From the NCBI GenBank assembly GCA_001643675.2, contig LSRY02000017.1, forward strand, positions 992,001 through 1,056,000: 64,000 bases of DNA. The letters run 5' to 3'. Each line of letters begins with the position of its first letter. Position 1 is the stretch's first letter. This DNA is from Monocercomonoides exilis PA203. Lineage: Eukaryota > Protista > Preaxostyla. The notes beneath the pieces are model-generated. The model did no database searches and was not told the DNA's origin. It saw nothing but the letters and a program-made list of their open reading frames with translations. Below, in pieces: positions 13,017 through 26,800 of this stretch. A program made the translations under genes and the position numbers.

Positions 13017-13663
13017 GTGTTTTCGCTCAAAATAACGCTTATCTTAATAAGATTATAAATAATAATTGGATTCTTACGAACAGATCGAAAATAAAAAATA
13101 TTAAAAACCTTTTTGAAATGAATGATGAATTGCGCTTGAAGTTGAACTTTGCTCTGGTCCCATGATACTCAATGAAAAATAAAAAAATGTTCAGCGTTTT
13201 ATTTATGTTTCGTTCTTCTTTTCGTCAAATACAATAAAACTCAAATTCATTCGATCTTAACTATAACAACTTTTTAATAAGTTTTGATTTCATGTCAAAT
13301 TTTATGATCTTCATTTTTTGTGTTTCATATGTGCTTTTGAATGTCCAACCTTTTATTGCGTGTTTTTGAAAAGAAAAACTCTGCATGTGCCTTGACGATT
13401 CATTAAATCGAATCTCGTATTTTGAATTTTTAAGCTTTAATTTTTCATGTCATTTGTTTACTGCAAGCAAAATAACTTTTATTTGTTGTACACTTTCTAA
13501 AGTTTTTGTTGAAATGCATTGCTGCATTTCGATTCGTTCAATAATTGTCTGTTTTAAGTACCTTTTTGTTATTTCGATCCACATTAAATAAAAAAGTTTT
13601 ATTTTTCTTCCTAAGCGGCTATCTTTGTGTCTAATTTCTTTCTATTTGTGCACCGAAGTTAAT

Positions 13664-14673
13664 ATGGTTAATGCAGCACGAATTTTTTGCATTTTTATCT
13701 TTACAAGTGTTTTTTTGTTGTTGTATTAGTTGGAAAACTCTTTGTTTCATTGCTTCTCAAACAAAGATTGTTCGCATTTAGCCCTTTCTCGAAGAATGTT
13801 TTGTTTAAAAGAAGGACCATTTTCGTGTGATGAAAATACACCTGGCTTGTGTATTTTAAAGCCTCTCAAATTGGAATGTTCAAGTGAAAGGAGGCAATCT
13901 GTGGTTTGATTTGTCATATGTTTTTTTTGAAAGCGAATTTTGATTTGCATACATGTTCAAAGTGTGATTGTTTCGGAAGGCAGTTTAACAGCACATGCGA
14001 AGCTCATTCAAGAGGGATAAATGTGCGGCATATTGGAAGATGCCATTTAAACCAAACAATATTCAACAATTCGCAAACAAAAAAGAATCAACTATATCCC
14101 CTTATCGCAACAAAAGAAACGGATGTTGAAGAACAGCTAATAGGACTACTCGCTCATTTTCCTGATGAGCCAACTGATGGGTGCATCAACGATGATCAAT
14201 GCCCAGAGGGTGCTTTTTGTCTGTTTGTAAGAATATTATACAAAATAAAAAATAAATAAGGACTTATTTTAATTTATGTTCAAAACAGATATCCTGAAAG
14301 CAAATGTCCAACAAATTATCAGAAAAGCACTCCAATTGGAGTGTGCGTTATGCCTCCAACTCGCTGTAAAGCACCTCTTTCAAGACAAACAGAAGAATCA
14401 ATGAATGTTTGCGGATGCGATGGAAATACCTACAAGTGCGTTTTCTTTTCTTTCTTTTTTTTTTATCCGTTTATTCAAATCTTAATTAATCTTTTTAATT
14501 TTGATAGGAATCGTTGTGATGCGTTGAAGCACAAAACAAGCATTGCATCAGAGGGGCCATGCAAAAAAACTGCTTCGTCAAATTCTTATTCGTACTACCC
14601 TTCCGAAAGAATGTCTTCTCGACAAAAACAACCAAAAAGCAGAGCTAGCTTTTTTGCAGATGCAAATAGATAG
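13664..14673 (+). CDS. Cys-rich, probably secreted protein with two Kazal-like domains (multi-exon)
   Basis: Hydrophobic N-terminus; V|CDCFGRQFNSTCEAH..IGRC and VCGCDGNTYK|NRCDA..EGPC Kazal patterns split by short GT-AG introns. Confidence 0.65.
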
Positions 14674-15031
14674 CTTTGAATTATTGCATTTTACAAATAA
14701 TTTATGAGAATTATTTTTGTTTTTAGAAAAATTCAACACCTAAAAAGATAAGTTGGAAATAAAATTAATTATCTTTATAATTTTTATAGAAAATAAATAA
14801 TAATAGATACAATAGATATTATGCAGATTGGATCAAATAATTCAAATTGCATAATTATTAAAAATTTGTTGGGGTTATTTAAAAATACTCCTGTTTATTT
14901 CAATAAACATGCATATTTGGAACGGAATTTTTTGCTTTCAGAATGTTGTTTCACGAAACATTTTTGAATCTTTTCTTTTTGAAACAATTTTGCAATGTGT
15001 TTTAAACAAAACAATTTTCGACTTATAATTA

Positions 15032-18000
15032 TAGTATGGTGGAAAACCCGAACATTTGCAAAAACCCGCACATATCATCTTGAATAATAAAAAAGTTGTT
15101 GGAAATTAATAAAATGATGTTTATTTTTGTTATAACTCGATGTCGATTTCAAAAATTCATTTTTATTCTTGAAAATTAACTATTTTGGTACAATTTTCAG
15201 TTGGAGAAAAATTTTGAAACTTCTCATTTTTATTTTGATGTTATCTTTCAATGATTTCATTCTTTTTTTGTTTGCAACAAATATCACTCAACTTTTAAAG
15301 AATTTTTGTCTTTGACATCTTTTTATAATGCGAAGTGAAAAAAACAGAAAAATAGAAATCTTTTCTCAGATAATAAAATGCCAAAGAATTAACTGAAAAT
15401 ATAAATACATTCTTACACCGAAACATGAAAATCACTTCTATAACATGAAAAAAATAGGAAAATAATAACATTTATCTTATTTTCTTTTTAAACTGAAAAA
15501 AATATGAAAAATGTCAATAGATGAAATAGATGAGATTCTAAAGAATACCATTATTGCATTATAACTTCAAATGGAAATGAAATTGCATATTTATCATAAG
15601 CCCGATCATCACATTGTTTTCAATCTAAACAATGGGTTCAAAACCCATAATAAAATTATTTCAATCCAACAATGTTTCATAAATTATTCAACTTAAAAGA
15701 ACCGCATTTATGTGGTTTGTTCTTCATGTTTGATTTTGATTTTGATATCAAAAAAATATTATTTTGTTATTTTCATTGACAGCAGTTCGACAATTCATAG
15801 TGGATTTTTTTCGACAAGTTTTTCAATGAAATAAGTTTATTTTTATTGTTGCAGGTTTGCGGATCACTTATTTTTTTTGTCGAAAAATTTTGAACATTGA
15901 CTATTATGCGATTTATTTTTAAATCTGAAAATGATATATATTGTTTTTCTGTTTTGTTTTTCTTTTTTCAAAAATGTTTTTATTTCTTTTTTTTCTGAAA
16001 ATTATTGTTTCTTTTCATTGAAAATGCTTATCCTTGCTTTTTAAGAAAAAATATAGTTATACTGATTCTTTATCAAGAATTATTGAAACTTGTAGTAGGA
16101 AACAAAGCAATTAATAAAATGTTTGACAATCAAATTGCATAGTGATTTCCTGAATGATTATTGTTTGATATGAAGAGATTGAAAAGGTTTGTTATGTTTT
16201 TCAACTTTTCACGATAGTTTATTTCTCACAAATCATTTCTTTGGATTATTTTCACTTTCATCAGAATCCGTAAAAAGAACATATTGCTCGGATAATCTTT
16301 TGGGCAAACCTTTCACTGATCTCATGGAATATTTTTTGAGCAATTTTTTCCATTTGAACCTTCTTCTTCGTTGCTTGATGAAAGATCTTCTTCTATATAT
16401 TCACTGCTGTCAAGATCTCTTTTTTTCTTTTCTTTCAATTTGTTTAATCTGTCGGAATGATGATCAGTTTCTGAAGATTCTTCTTCAGAATAATTAGAAG
16501 AACTTGACAAATCAGAAACTTGTTTTCGACCATCTGCTTCATCCAAATGATCTGACCGGCACAAAATAAATCTTTTCTGTTTGTTTTTTCTTCTGAAAAC
16601 ATGAACGACCAAAATATTTTCTTCACCTTCTTGTGAATCAGTTGGATCTGATTCGAAATCTGTTGAACATGAGTTATCGTCAGGCTCAGTATCTTCGCTA
16701 GTGTTTTCAATAGAAGTGAGGTTTGAAAGCTTAGAATCAGTAGAAGTTATATTTGAAGATAAAAGTCTTTCCTTTTTATTTTTTTCTTGTTTTTTGATTT
16801 ATATTTTTCATATGAACATTCTCAACTCTTTCATTATCATCAATAGACTTTTTCTCTTCAAAAGCTTGCCATTCCTTCAGAACTGCTGTTGATGTAATTT
16901 GTTTACCAGAGATGGACCATCGGTTCGTCTGTCTAGCCGGTTTTACGCCGAAAGGCAGGTTATCCAAAGTGCGCCTCAGAACGTGAGATATTCGAGAAGA
17001 CGTTATTTCAGCTTCGTAGAACCCATGACGTATTACTCTTGGGGCCATCGCATAATAAGAGCAATCTGCGATGGCTTGGACAAAAGCTAAAAATTCTGTT
17101 TTCATTTTGCTCACACTTGGTTCATTTCGAACATTTTTCAATTGCTTTTAGAGTGCAGCATTAGGTCCGAGATCAAGTGGCTGAAGAATATGTGATGTGT
17201 GTGCTGGTAGCACAACGACATCAACGTTTTCTTCAGAAAACTTTTGCCACAGCTGGATATTTTGTCTTGAAGAATGGCCGTCAAGAATAATTAAAGCAGA
17301 AGGAAATGAATGGCTTGTTTTTTCTTCAGATATTTTTTCATATTGAGTTATTTCTTTTTTCGCTAAGTTTGCTTTCTGCAGATGAGCGTCATTCTTAATC
17401 CACCAATCTCTATTATCATCTTCTTCAAATAGAAATATTCCTTCATCAGAACAATTAGAATGAGTTTCATCACGAAAGTTTGAAATTTCACTAACATCAA
17501 CTTTAGGAAATCCATCTGATGGAATTTGAAAACTCTTTTTGATTCGAATAGAATTTTCACACTCTGAAAATTCTTTTGAAGTGTCAGATGCCGATTGTTG
17601 CAGTTGCTGCAATTCTTGAATTCGATCTCCTTCCGAATACATTGTATTCGAAAGTTCCAGTTTGTCAGAACAAATGGATTCCTTGGGACTTTTTTCATTA
17701 TCACACTGATCTCTGGATCGTGGGGATTTTGACGGTGAATCTGAGTTATCTGTTGGAAATAGTTCTGATCCAGCTGATGAATGCAATGCTATTGATTCAT
17801 GATCGTCTTCGTCTTGAAAATTTTGTTGTGTTGTTTTTTCACAAGTCTCATTCTTTTTCATTTTCTGTTCGCAATTTTCTAACCTTTTTTCTTTCGTTTT
17901 CAATTCACCAGATTTCTTTTGGCATATTTCATATTGACATTGTCGAATTCTTTCTACAATTTTTCTTTGCTTCTGTATGAAAGGAAGAACATGTTCTAAC

Positions 18001-19004
18001 ATAATTTTTTCAAACAGTTCCTTTGTCATCCATCCTTTTTGAGTTGAATGCAATACGAACGAATAGTCATTCCATTGTTCGTTGATTTCTTTTTCATATT
18101 TTGAACTTAAAAGAAGATGAGTGGGGAGATGATATCCATCAGCTCTCACAATGAATAAAAGAGTTAATTGACGAAGAGGAGGTGTTTCTAAACATGGCAA
18201 GTATTTGCATTTTTCATTAGCAATTCTTTTCCTATGATGACGACAATTGGACTGACAACTTATTTCGTCCAATTGTAATATTAACGAAGGATGGTATTTT
18301 TTCTTCAGCATCAAAGTTCGCAAATGAGAAAGAAAAGACTGTATATTTTCTTTTAACGATGCTCTCAAGCGTGCATGATCAAGTCGAACTGGATTTATCA
18401 TTCGCAATAGTTTTTGCCTTGATAAAAAATCGTAAACCCATCTTAGACTCGGTGTTTCGATATATTCAGACGAAGCCGGAGATCTTTCGATTCGAATTTG
18501 TCTTCCCTTGATTAAAAAAAATAAGTTGAGAATTTCAAAACATAAAAATCATACTAAAAAAGGAATGTCATAAATTGATGGTTGCTTCAAAACATTGTGC
18601 CAATTCAATATAATTTGAACAAGCTTCTCTTTTTCTTCCTTTGTTAAATATCGTGGCCTTCCATTTATACCAGATATCTCACCGCGAGATTCCATTCGAT
18701 TTGTTCTGTTTCTTCGAAAATATTTTTTTCTGGAATTATTCATATTTTCTGTCTTCACTTTTTGCATTTCAAAAATTTGGATATTTTCAATTGACTGATT
18801 TCTGCAATATTTTTGGCTTTTTGAGAATTAAATATGGAATTTCTCCCATTATAACAAATGCATTTTCATTCTTATTAAAAATTCATTCATAATTTCATGT
18901 GTTTATTAAAAAAGACTTTACTTTAACACAAAAAATTTTATGATGTTTCCAAAAATCCAAAGAGTGCGGGTTTTTGCAAATGTTCGGGTTTTCGCATACA
19001 TCAT
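15032..19004 (-). mobile_element. pogo/Fot-like DNA transposon, copy 2 (inverted, near-identical to 4121-8094)
   Basis: Same TIRs, TA flanks and mirror-image ORF set; a 1-bp indel near 16350 and at least one substitution distinguish the copies. Confidence 0.9.
16233..18767 (-). pseudogene. DDE_1-type transposase (DD35D), disrupted, copy 2
   Basis: ORFs 18549-18767, 17148-18407 and 16776-17141 translate identically to copy 1, with the same internal stop. Confidence 0.85.
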
Positions 19005-19027
19005 TACATGAAAGCAGAAAAGTTTGG

Positions 19028-19031
<4 letters not shown>

Positions 19032-19068
<37 letters not shown>
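19032..19068. repeat. (AT)n microsatellite
   Basis: About 18 AT units. Confidence 0.95.
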
Positions 19069-19069
<1 letters not shown>

Positions 19070-19070
<1 letters not shown>

Positions 19071-19925
19071 GCTCCATATTTAATAATTGTTCAACCATCT
19101 ATCACGCCGAATCGTTGTGTGATTAAATTTTGTTAAAACATCAACATTGAAAAATCCAAATCCCCAAACTGTTCAGCTTCACATGGAGGAGCTACTACTA
19201 TATGGTATCCTCAATCACAATCTGTTTGGGTTATTTCAGATAACAGAGTGGAAGGTTGTTCAATAACAAATTGGTGCGGAACTGGTTGGTATTTCTGGCT
19301 CGAAAATATGACTTCAACTTGCCAATTTTTGTTCACCAAATGCAAGTGTATTGCTAATTCATTTAACAATTCTGCTGATTCTCTCACATTCAATTGGCCT
19401 CCTCAAGTGAAGCCAAATCAATTTTTGGTTAATAATTGCCAGTTTATAAACAACAAATTGACATCAACTTCATCAACACGTGGCAGCTCTGGTATTTATT
19501 TGGATGCAACCTTCAATTGGATGAATGAAATAAGATTCATCATTTTTTGTTTCTTCGATTGCAACACTACCAAAAATGGGTGAGGAAATGATGTGTTCTT
19601 TTACGGAAGTGATATTACACAATCCCCATTCCAGCAATGTGGATCAACAACAGAATCAAAAAGAGTGTATAATAATGGACAAGCTGATAATGCTGAATAT
19701 AATAGCTGGCTTCCTATCATCAACCAGAACAAAATCGTTGCAAATGGTGGAAATGATGTCGATGCCTGTGGCAAAACACAGCAAAGCCCCTGTGCCACAG
19801 TTGAGTATGCTCTCGGATGCATTGCTCCCTTCAGCGATGCCTCCCTCACTCTCCTCCTCTCCACTTTCACTCCCGCAAAGACTCTCACCTTCAATTCAGC
19901 AAACACAAAAATTACTGGCAATGAC
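19070..19925 (+). pseudogene. Fragment of Cys-containing beta-helix/surface-protein-like gene family member
   Basis: Frameshifted ORFs 19248-19583 and 19593 onward, with NCQFINN and GGNDVDACGKTQQSPCATVEYAL, resembling pectin-lyase-fold repeat proteins expanded in oxymonads. Confidence 0.45.
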
Positions 19926-20628
19926 GAACTTTTTCGATGGAAATATTATCCCTTTCGTTTTCATATTTGTATTCATTTTTTTAAGAAAATGAAACAATTG
20001 TCTTCAAAAAGTTTCCACTTCGTCTTCTGTGAATCTCTTCATCTATTTCTCCAATGCCTTAGCTTTTCTTCCAACATTGTCCATCGCTCTTTCTCTTTGT
20101 TCTTCCCAATGCTTGTCTCAATCTTCAACTTCTTCTTTCTTTCCTTCTACTATTGCTCCTTTTCCTTTTTCAGTTTTGGAACTTTCATTCTTCATCTCTG
20201 CTCTTTATTTACTTTCGTTCTCTCATCTCTTTGATCATCTCCTTCTTTTTCCTTTTTTCTCCTTCCTCTCTCTTTTCTTCTGATCTGCAATTGATTTGAC
20301 TTGCCTCTTCTTCTTCGTTTGCTCCAAGCTCTATCTTTCTCTTGCTTTCTTTGTTTCTTCCTCCTCTTCTTTAACTTCTCACTCCTCTTCCAATGACTCA
20401 ATTCCGTCTTCTTCTCATCCGCTAACCACATTTTTCCTGCATTTCTTTCTCTTTATTCTTTGATGTGAAAAATTCTGTTTTTGTTGCATCTCATCAGCCA
20501 GACACTTTCTCTTTTCCAAATAAATTAGCAAAGCCTGTTAAAAGAAGGTCTTTATTCTTCATCATCTGTTCTTTTTCCATCTTATATATTCAATCCTTCT
20601 CTGATTTTCCTCATCTCATCCGAACATA

Positions 20629-21593
20629 GGGTCAGTAATTTATCATATCCCCTTTTTTTTATCGGGACCTAAATTTTCTGGCTCTCAAGAGCGCTTTTAG
20701 AAAAAAATAAATAACAGAAAATTATTAATATATTATTATAAGCTATTCCTGAAAATATTTTTTCATATTTTTATTTTAGTGAAAAGATCTGGTGTTTTTT
20801 GTTTTATTTTTCAGATCAAAGACTTGCTCGTATTTTCACGAGCTTTTTGCTTTGAGATTTTTAAGTGTTGTTTTTGTTATTGAACATAACTTCTTTATAA
20901 TTTTGGTTATTTTTCATTGTTTAACACTTCGTTTTTTTATTATTTTTTTCATTTCACTAAATTTCGATAAAATGAAGAATACATTTGAAAAAATAAGTTT
21001 TTTCGTTTATTCAAAATGGTAAGGATGTAAATTATCAACAAATAACGGATATCAGAAAAAAGAAAATCTTCAATTTTCAATGATCGTGATTATTATTAAA
21101 ATAAACATGTTTTTGTGTATTTTTGTGTTTTTAACTTCAAATCATATTTTTTCATTTCAAAATTTTGGTGATAAACATAACAATCAGTTTTTTAACTATT
21201 CTTCAATGAACAAAAACATGGTAACTCTAATTTCACAATTTATTTTAAATTTTATCGAAATTTAGTGAAATGAAAAAAATAATAAAAAAACGAAGTGTTA
21301 AACAATGAAAAATAACCAAAATTATAAAGAAGTTATGTTCAATAACAAAAACAACACTTAAAAATCTCAAAACAAAAAGCTCGTGAAAATACGAGCAAGT
21401 CTTTGATCTGAAAAATAAAACAAAAAACACCAGATCTTTTCACTAAAATAAAAATATGAAAAAATATTTTCAGGAATAGCTTATAATAATATATTAATAA
21501 TTTTCTGTTATTTATTTTTTTCTAAAAGCGCTCTTGAGAGCCAGAAAATTTAGGTCCCGATAAAAAAAAGGGGATATGATAAATTACTGACCC
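20629..21593. mobile_element. Fold-back MITE with ~345 bp inverted arms
   Basis: GGGTCAGTAATTTATCATATCCCC...GGGGATATGATAAATTACTGACCC. Arms to ~20973 and from ~21249, with a ~275 bp spacer. Flanked by TA (an AT duplication reading is also possible). Confidence 0.8.
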
Positions 21594-22575
21594 TATTTCC
21601 CTTCCTCCAAGGCACCCTACCTTTCATTTTCACGCAGTTTTTCTTTTCAATAGCCTGAATAAATCAAAAGACAAGTCAATAGCAATAAAGAAATGATAAA
21701 AAACTTTCAGCATTATTTTTTGTTTGAAACCATTTCAATACTTATCATATTGATAATGTTAATTTTCTCTTAAATAACATCTTTATTTCAATGCTTTTCA
21801 TTGATTCCTTCGTTTTTAAATAGATTCTCCAGCAAATTTTCAAACTATCTCTTTAACCTGCCTTTTTTTCATTCATCTATTTCCGAGTTATCGGAAAAAA
21901 AGTGGATTCCTAATCTCCTTTTCAATTCCTCCAGCTAAGTACAAACATTGGATTATTCACCAAATGTTAGCCAAATTCTACGCCCTTCAAATTCTTCGTT
22001 CTATATATCTTCTAACAGGAATTCGCTGATTTCTGAGTGCAGGTTATTTGATCCTTCAACGTCTTGTTCATCAAGGCGAATTGAAAACTTGTAATTTATA
22101 TTTTCCATTCAGTTTGTGAAATTATGATGGACTTGAATAAGATAATTAGAATAGAATAAATATGAGGCTGAAAGATTGGGGGTTTGGAAAAGCAATGCAA
22201 TGTATGCAAACATCTTAAAAGATATTTCAAAGATTTTGAACATTGACAAAGACGGTATATTCTTGAAAACGAAAGGAAAAAATAAATAAACATATTTATT
22301 CAGTTTGTTAAAAGCGCAATAAAAGGTAAAAACATTCTGCTGTTCAACGAAAAATTTTTAATTCACAATTCAATCCAAAAAAAATCATTTGAGCAATTAT
22401 CTCCAATCAAATCAGGACAAACTGAAAGTAATCATCTTCATCTAACAATATTACTCAAAAAAATTAATATTATTATTTTAAAGCATCATTCAACTTTTCC
22501 CCAATAAAATAAATTTGTTAAATTTTTTTTTTCATATGAAAAGAAATAAAAAAAATTAAAAATCTCAAAAAATTT

Positions 22576-22648
22576 CCTCGATGCCGGGAATCGAACCCGG
22601 GTCTCAGGAGTGAAAATCCTAAATCCTAACCGACTAGACTACATCGAG
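22576..22648 (-). tRNA. tRNA-Glu (TTC)
   Basis: Minus-strand cloverleaf: acceptor CTCGATG/CATCGAG, anticodon arm TAGGA-TT TTC AC-TCCTG, T arm CCGGG TTCGATT CCCGG; T-run downstream. Confidence 0.95.
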
Positions 22649-22660
22649 CTGATATGCAGT

Positions 22661-23655
22661 AGACCTTAAATGAATTGAGCGGGTCAATTCGAATTGACAA
22701 AGTCAAAACGTTTTTCGTTTGTCTTATTGGTTTTGACTCAATCAATTCGGTTTTCCCTCAATCTTATTTGTGATCAAAAATACAAAAATTATATATCAAT
22801 TTTGATCATAACTATTTGATGTTTTTTCTATTTTCGGTTTGAAAACAGCTTGTTTTCAGTTATTTTTAAATATGTGAATCTTTAATATATTATTAATATA
22901 TTTGCGTTAGGTTTTTTTTGGATCATAAATAATATGTCAATAGTTTTGTTTCTGACGTTTTTATTTGTTGATCGTTTGGAAAATGGCTTTTAATATTCAA
23001 ACATTAGTTTTTTAGTATTTTGAAAGGTGGAAATGTTTGTTATTTCCTTTCTTTTATTTCAGTTTTATTTTGAGAACATGTTTTTGATTTGACAATTGTT
23101 TTCATGAAGCCTTTTTTGAATAACAAACAACTTAAGTGATATTTATTCTTTTTTTCATTTGAAATGTTTGTTTAAAGCTATGTCAGAGTTATTAGAAACT
23201 TTTTTGTTGTAACTATCGTTTTTTTCTTTTCTTTTCAATAATGTTTATTATTTTTGATTCTTTAATGATCATTAAATTTTTTTTCGCTTCATAACTATTT
23301 ATTATTAACAAAAAAATGAAAAGAACAGAATAACTTTACGAAATAATGTTTTTTTCAAATAATAATTGAAATATGAAGAATTTTGAAAAAGTCAAAACAT
23401 TGAAACTTTCGTATTTTTTAAAGGAAATAATTTTTATAATAATTCTTATATTATATTATTCATGTATTGATGAAAAATTGACAAAAACATAACTCTTTAT
23501 TTTATTGATTTTCATGTGATCATACACCCAGAATTGAATCAATCTGTCTTGACTCAATCAAAACGGTTTTGAGTCAAACTTTTTGGTTTTATGAACCACT
23601 AATTGGTATTTGATTAAGCTAACGGGTATTGATTAAGTAATTTCGTTTAAGTTCT
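22661..23655 (+). mobile_element. PHIS-type MITE (~990 bp), array unit 1
   Basis: Starts AGACCTTAAATGAATTG and ends TTCGTTTAAGTTCT; AGT on both sides; subterminal TTGACTCAATC repeats. Confidence 0.85.
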
Positions 23656-23885
23656 AGTAGAACTAAAACGAAATGACTCAGTAATGTGGTATTCGATTTG
23701 ACTAATACCAATAAGTTACATAAAAAATCAAAAAGTGAGACTTAAAACCGTTTTGATTGAGTCAAGACCGATTGATTCAATTCTGGGTGTGAGATCAATA
23801 GAAAGTTTCAAAAATTAAGTTGTTCATATCTTTCAATATTTAAAGAATAAATGAATTATATTTCACATATATTATAATGTGAATG

Positions 23886-26800
23886 TAGACCTGTGCGACA
23901 CGACAAGCGAATTTTTGTTGCTGTCGGTCACCAAAAAAAAAAAACATTTTTTTGTCACAAAATCGCTTTTGTCGCATGAAACAATTCAATTAAATTTAAT
24001 TTCAAATATTTCTTTTTTTTATATCATTGATCGTTCAATCCATTATAACATAAACAGATTCATAAAACATTATTTTACAACTAATGAGTTGTGAATCATT
24101 TTATCTTTTTATAAGAAGTGCTAACACAAATGTTGTCATGAGCAATTTTTGATTCGACTTTTCTTTAATTCATTAAATTCAAGCATGTTCAAATACAACA
24201 TTTATGAAGAAATTATATCGTTTCCTGAATGAAATCAATGATGAAAATGCGAAAGATATATTTCAAATAAAAATTCAAAGGTTTGGATCCATTATTGCTA
24301 TTGAATTCATGGTTATTGCATTTCTTTCCTTGTTTTTTATTCGGAATTGAATCTTGAGCTTGAGTATTGCACTGAGGATGAACAGAAACAAAAGATCGAA
24401 AAAATAAATGAAATTGTTGATGGAATGAATAAGGAAGAATTCATATCCATTTTCAAGGCAGAATCGTATGATAAAATAAACAAAATGATTGAAAAAAAGG
24501 AAATGTGTTTGGAAAATGCGTTTGTATTGCTGAAGCACATGAAATACTGCAATTTCATTAAAAATATATGGATTTGTTGCTTGAGAAAGTCTTTGTTGAA
24601 AAAAAGAATAAAAGAGATGATCAGAATTGAAGGAAAGAAGGGAAAGAATGGGAAAAATGAAAAGCTTCCTGTTGGCATCAGCGAATGCTGTGTTTTTCTG
24701 AATGTAAGAATTTCGTTGGAATCGATTTCCGTCTGTGTGCGCTGTCTGCTGAAAGTTGGATCGAAGAAAGAGGAAAACGAGGAGATTCAAAAGGAAGTGG
24801 AAATGGCATTGTAGGTATTGAGCAACATTGGATGTCACGTTTGAGTACTTCTTTTTCATTTTTGATATTTCTTATTTTTCGATTTGATTGTTTTTATATG
24901 ATTCTGATTGGGAAATCAAAAAAGAGCTGTATTTAAATTAGATAACAGAAATCATCAGGAGTATCACAATCTGACGTAACTTGCTTATCAGTTCGCTTGG
25001 TTGTTTTTTTTTTATCAGGAGATTATACAATAACAGCAGCTTTGTGGGAGTGATTGTAAATGAGCTGCATTTTCTGCGTGAGGGAGAAAGAGAGTTGGAA
25101 GAGTCGGTGAAGTGTGTGGATTGGAAGAGAGAGAAGGAAGCGGAGAAAGAGGGAAAAGAGACAAAAGAAGAGCTTGCTTTGATGAGATGGCTTTAGGCAT
25201 TCTCGATTTATTTTGGCGGGTGCCAATTGCAGAATGAAGAATTTGTTTTGATTATAAGTGGAATTCCTGTATAGTTCGAGCAGCTAAGAATAATCGCAGC
25301 GGAATTAGTAACTGGTGCACTTATCCAATGATAAAATCAGCAGAGAGAAGAGTTGTGAAAGTTGATAAGCTGTTGAAGGGAGGAGCTGTTGATGATGTTT
25401 TGGAGGGGATGCAGCAGCCAACGTTTATTGACGGAATGACATTTAATGGATTGAAGTTTTTTTTGAAAATTTCAAGTGGATTGAAAGAAGAGGAGAAAGA
25501 CAAAACGAAGGAAGAGAAAAGAAAAGTGACAAAAATGAAGTTTTTTGAAAAGATGGCAGAAGAAGGATGCGAAGATATCGTAGCTTGCATCCGAGAATTG
25601 ATTCGATTTTTTAACGAAGAAAATAATATTGATGATTTGTCATTGAAATTTTCTAATTATTATGTGAATGTTTGACCAGATTCATTTCATTTTATTTTTT
25701 GCCTCAAAAATGTCATCTTACTTGTTCATTTCACAAAATTGAAAACATGCGCTTGATGGTTTGAGAATGTTTTTTTATTTTTAATAATTTCTTTAAAAAA
25801 TGAAGTGAAACCTAATTACATTAATATATAGAGAAAATTGCATTGAAGATTATTCCACACAATTCTTTTCTTTTTCAGAAAACATCTACAAGAAATTTGT
25901 AACTTCAACGTTTTGGGGGAAAAAATAATGAATTCCATCCTTCATTTTTCTTTCATAACTTCCAGCTGCCTTTCATCTTCTCCTTTAAAAAATTTCATTC
26001 TTTTCTACTGGTTTTTCTCACTTCTTTTCAATTGGAATTATTTCTTTAAATCTTTCCATTTATTTTCATAGAATCTGTTTATTTTCACATTGCATATGAA
26101 TGGAGAGTGCAAAGAAAGAAAAATTACATCGAGGATGATTAGCTATGTGAATAAAATATCAAGCAAACATGAATCGTGTTGCATTCGTGAAGAATTCTGA
26201 GAAGTTGAATGAATGTTCTGTTTTAATATCAATTTTCCAGCAATCAAAAAAAATATATATATAATAAAATCAGCATTCTCCTTGCGAGTATTGATTGATC
26301 ATTATTTCATTAATTTCTTAGAATGACACACATTTTTATGATTAAAATTCAGCACTTTCTGTTCAACTAATAGAATAAACTCTGCCCACTTGTTACATAT
26401 GAGTGAATTTGTTCGATTTCTTTGTTCAAGGGCTGCACACACTTTTATCTTCATCACTAGTTCAAATGCTCCATTAAGTCATTGATAATGCTTTTTTCTT
26501 CCATTTTAAAAAATGAGAATTTCATCCTTTATTTCGAAAAAGATCCGGAACGAACATTCAAAAACTTTGAAAGACATGTTTTCATAATAAAATAAGATAT
26601 GCATTTTCAAGGATAAAATCACATCACATGAAGAAAATTGAAAAATGAGTCAAACAAACAAAAATTAATGAAATAATGAAATTTACAAATATATCCATCT
26701 TCAAACGATCATTAATTTAAAAAGTCTTACAATGAGCATTCTTCAGATATTTTTTGAATATGTATTTGCTTTTTGCTTTTAAAAAGAAGGACTACAAGAT

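Noticed and set aside
19990-22290. Intact minus-strand gene around the fold-back MITE
   Set aside because: Only fragmentary Glu/Lys-rich frames with many stops; no product can be assigned.
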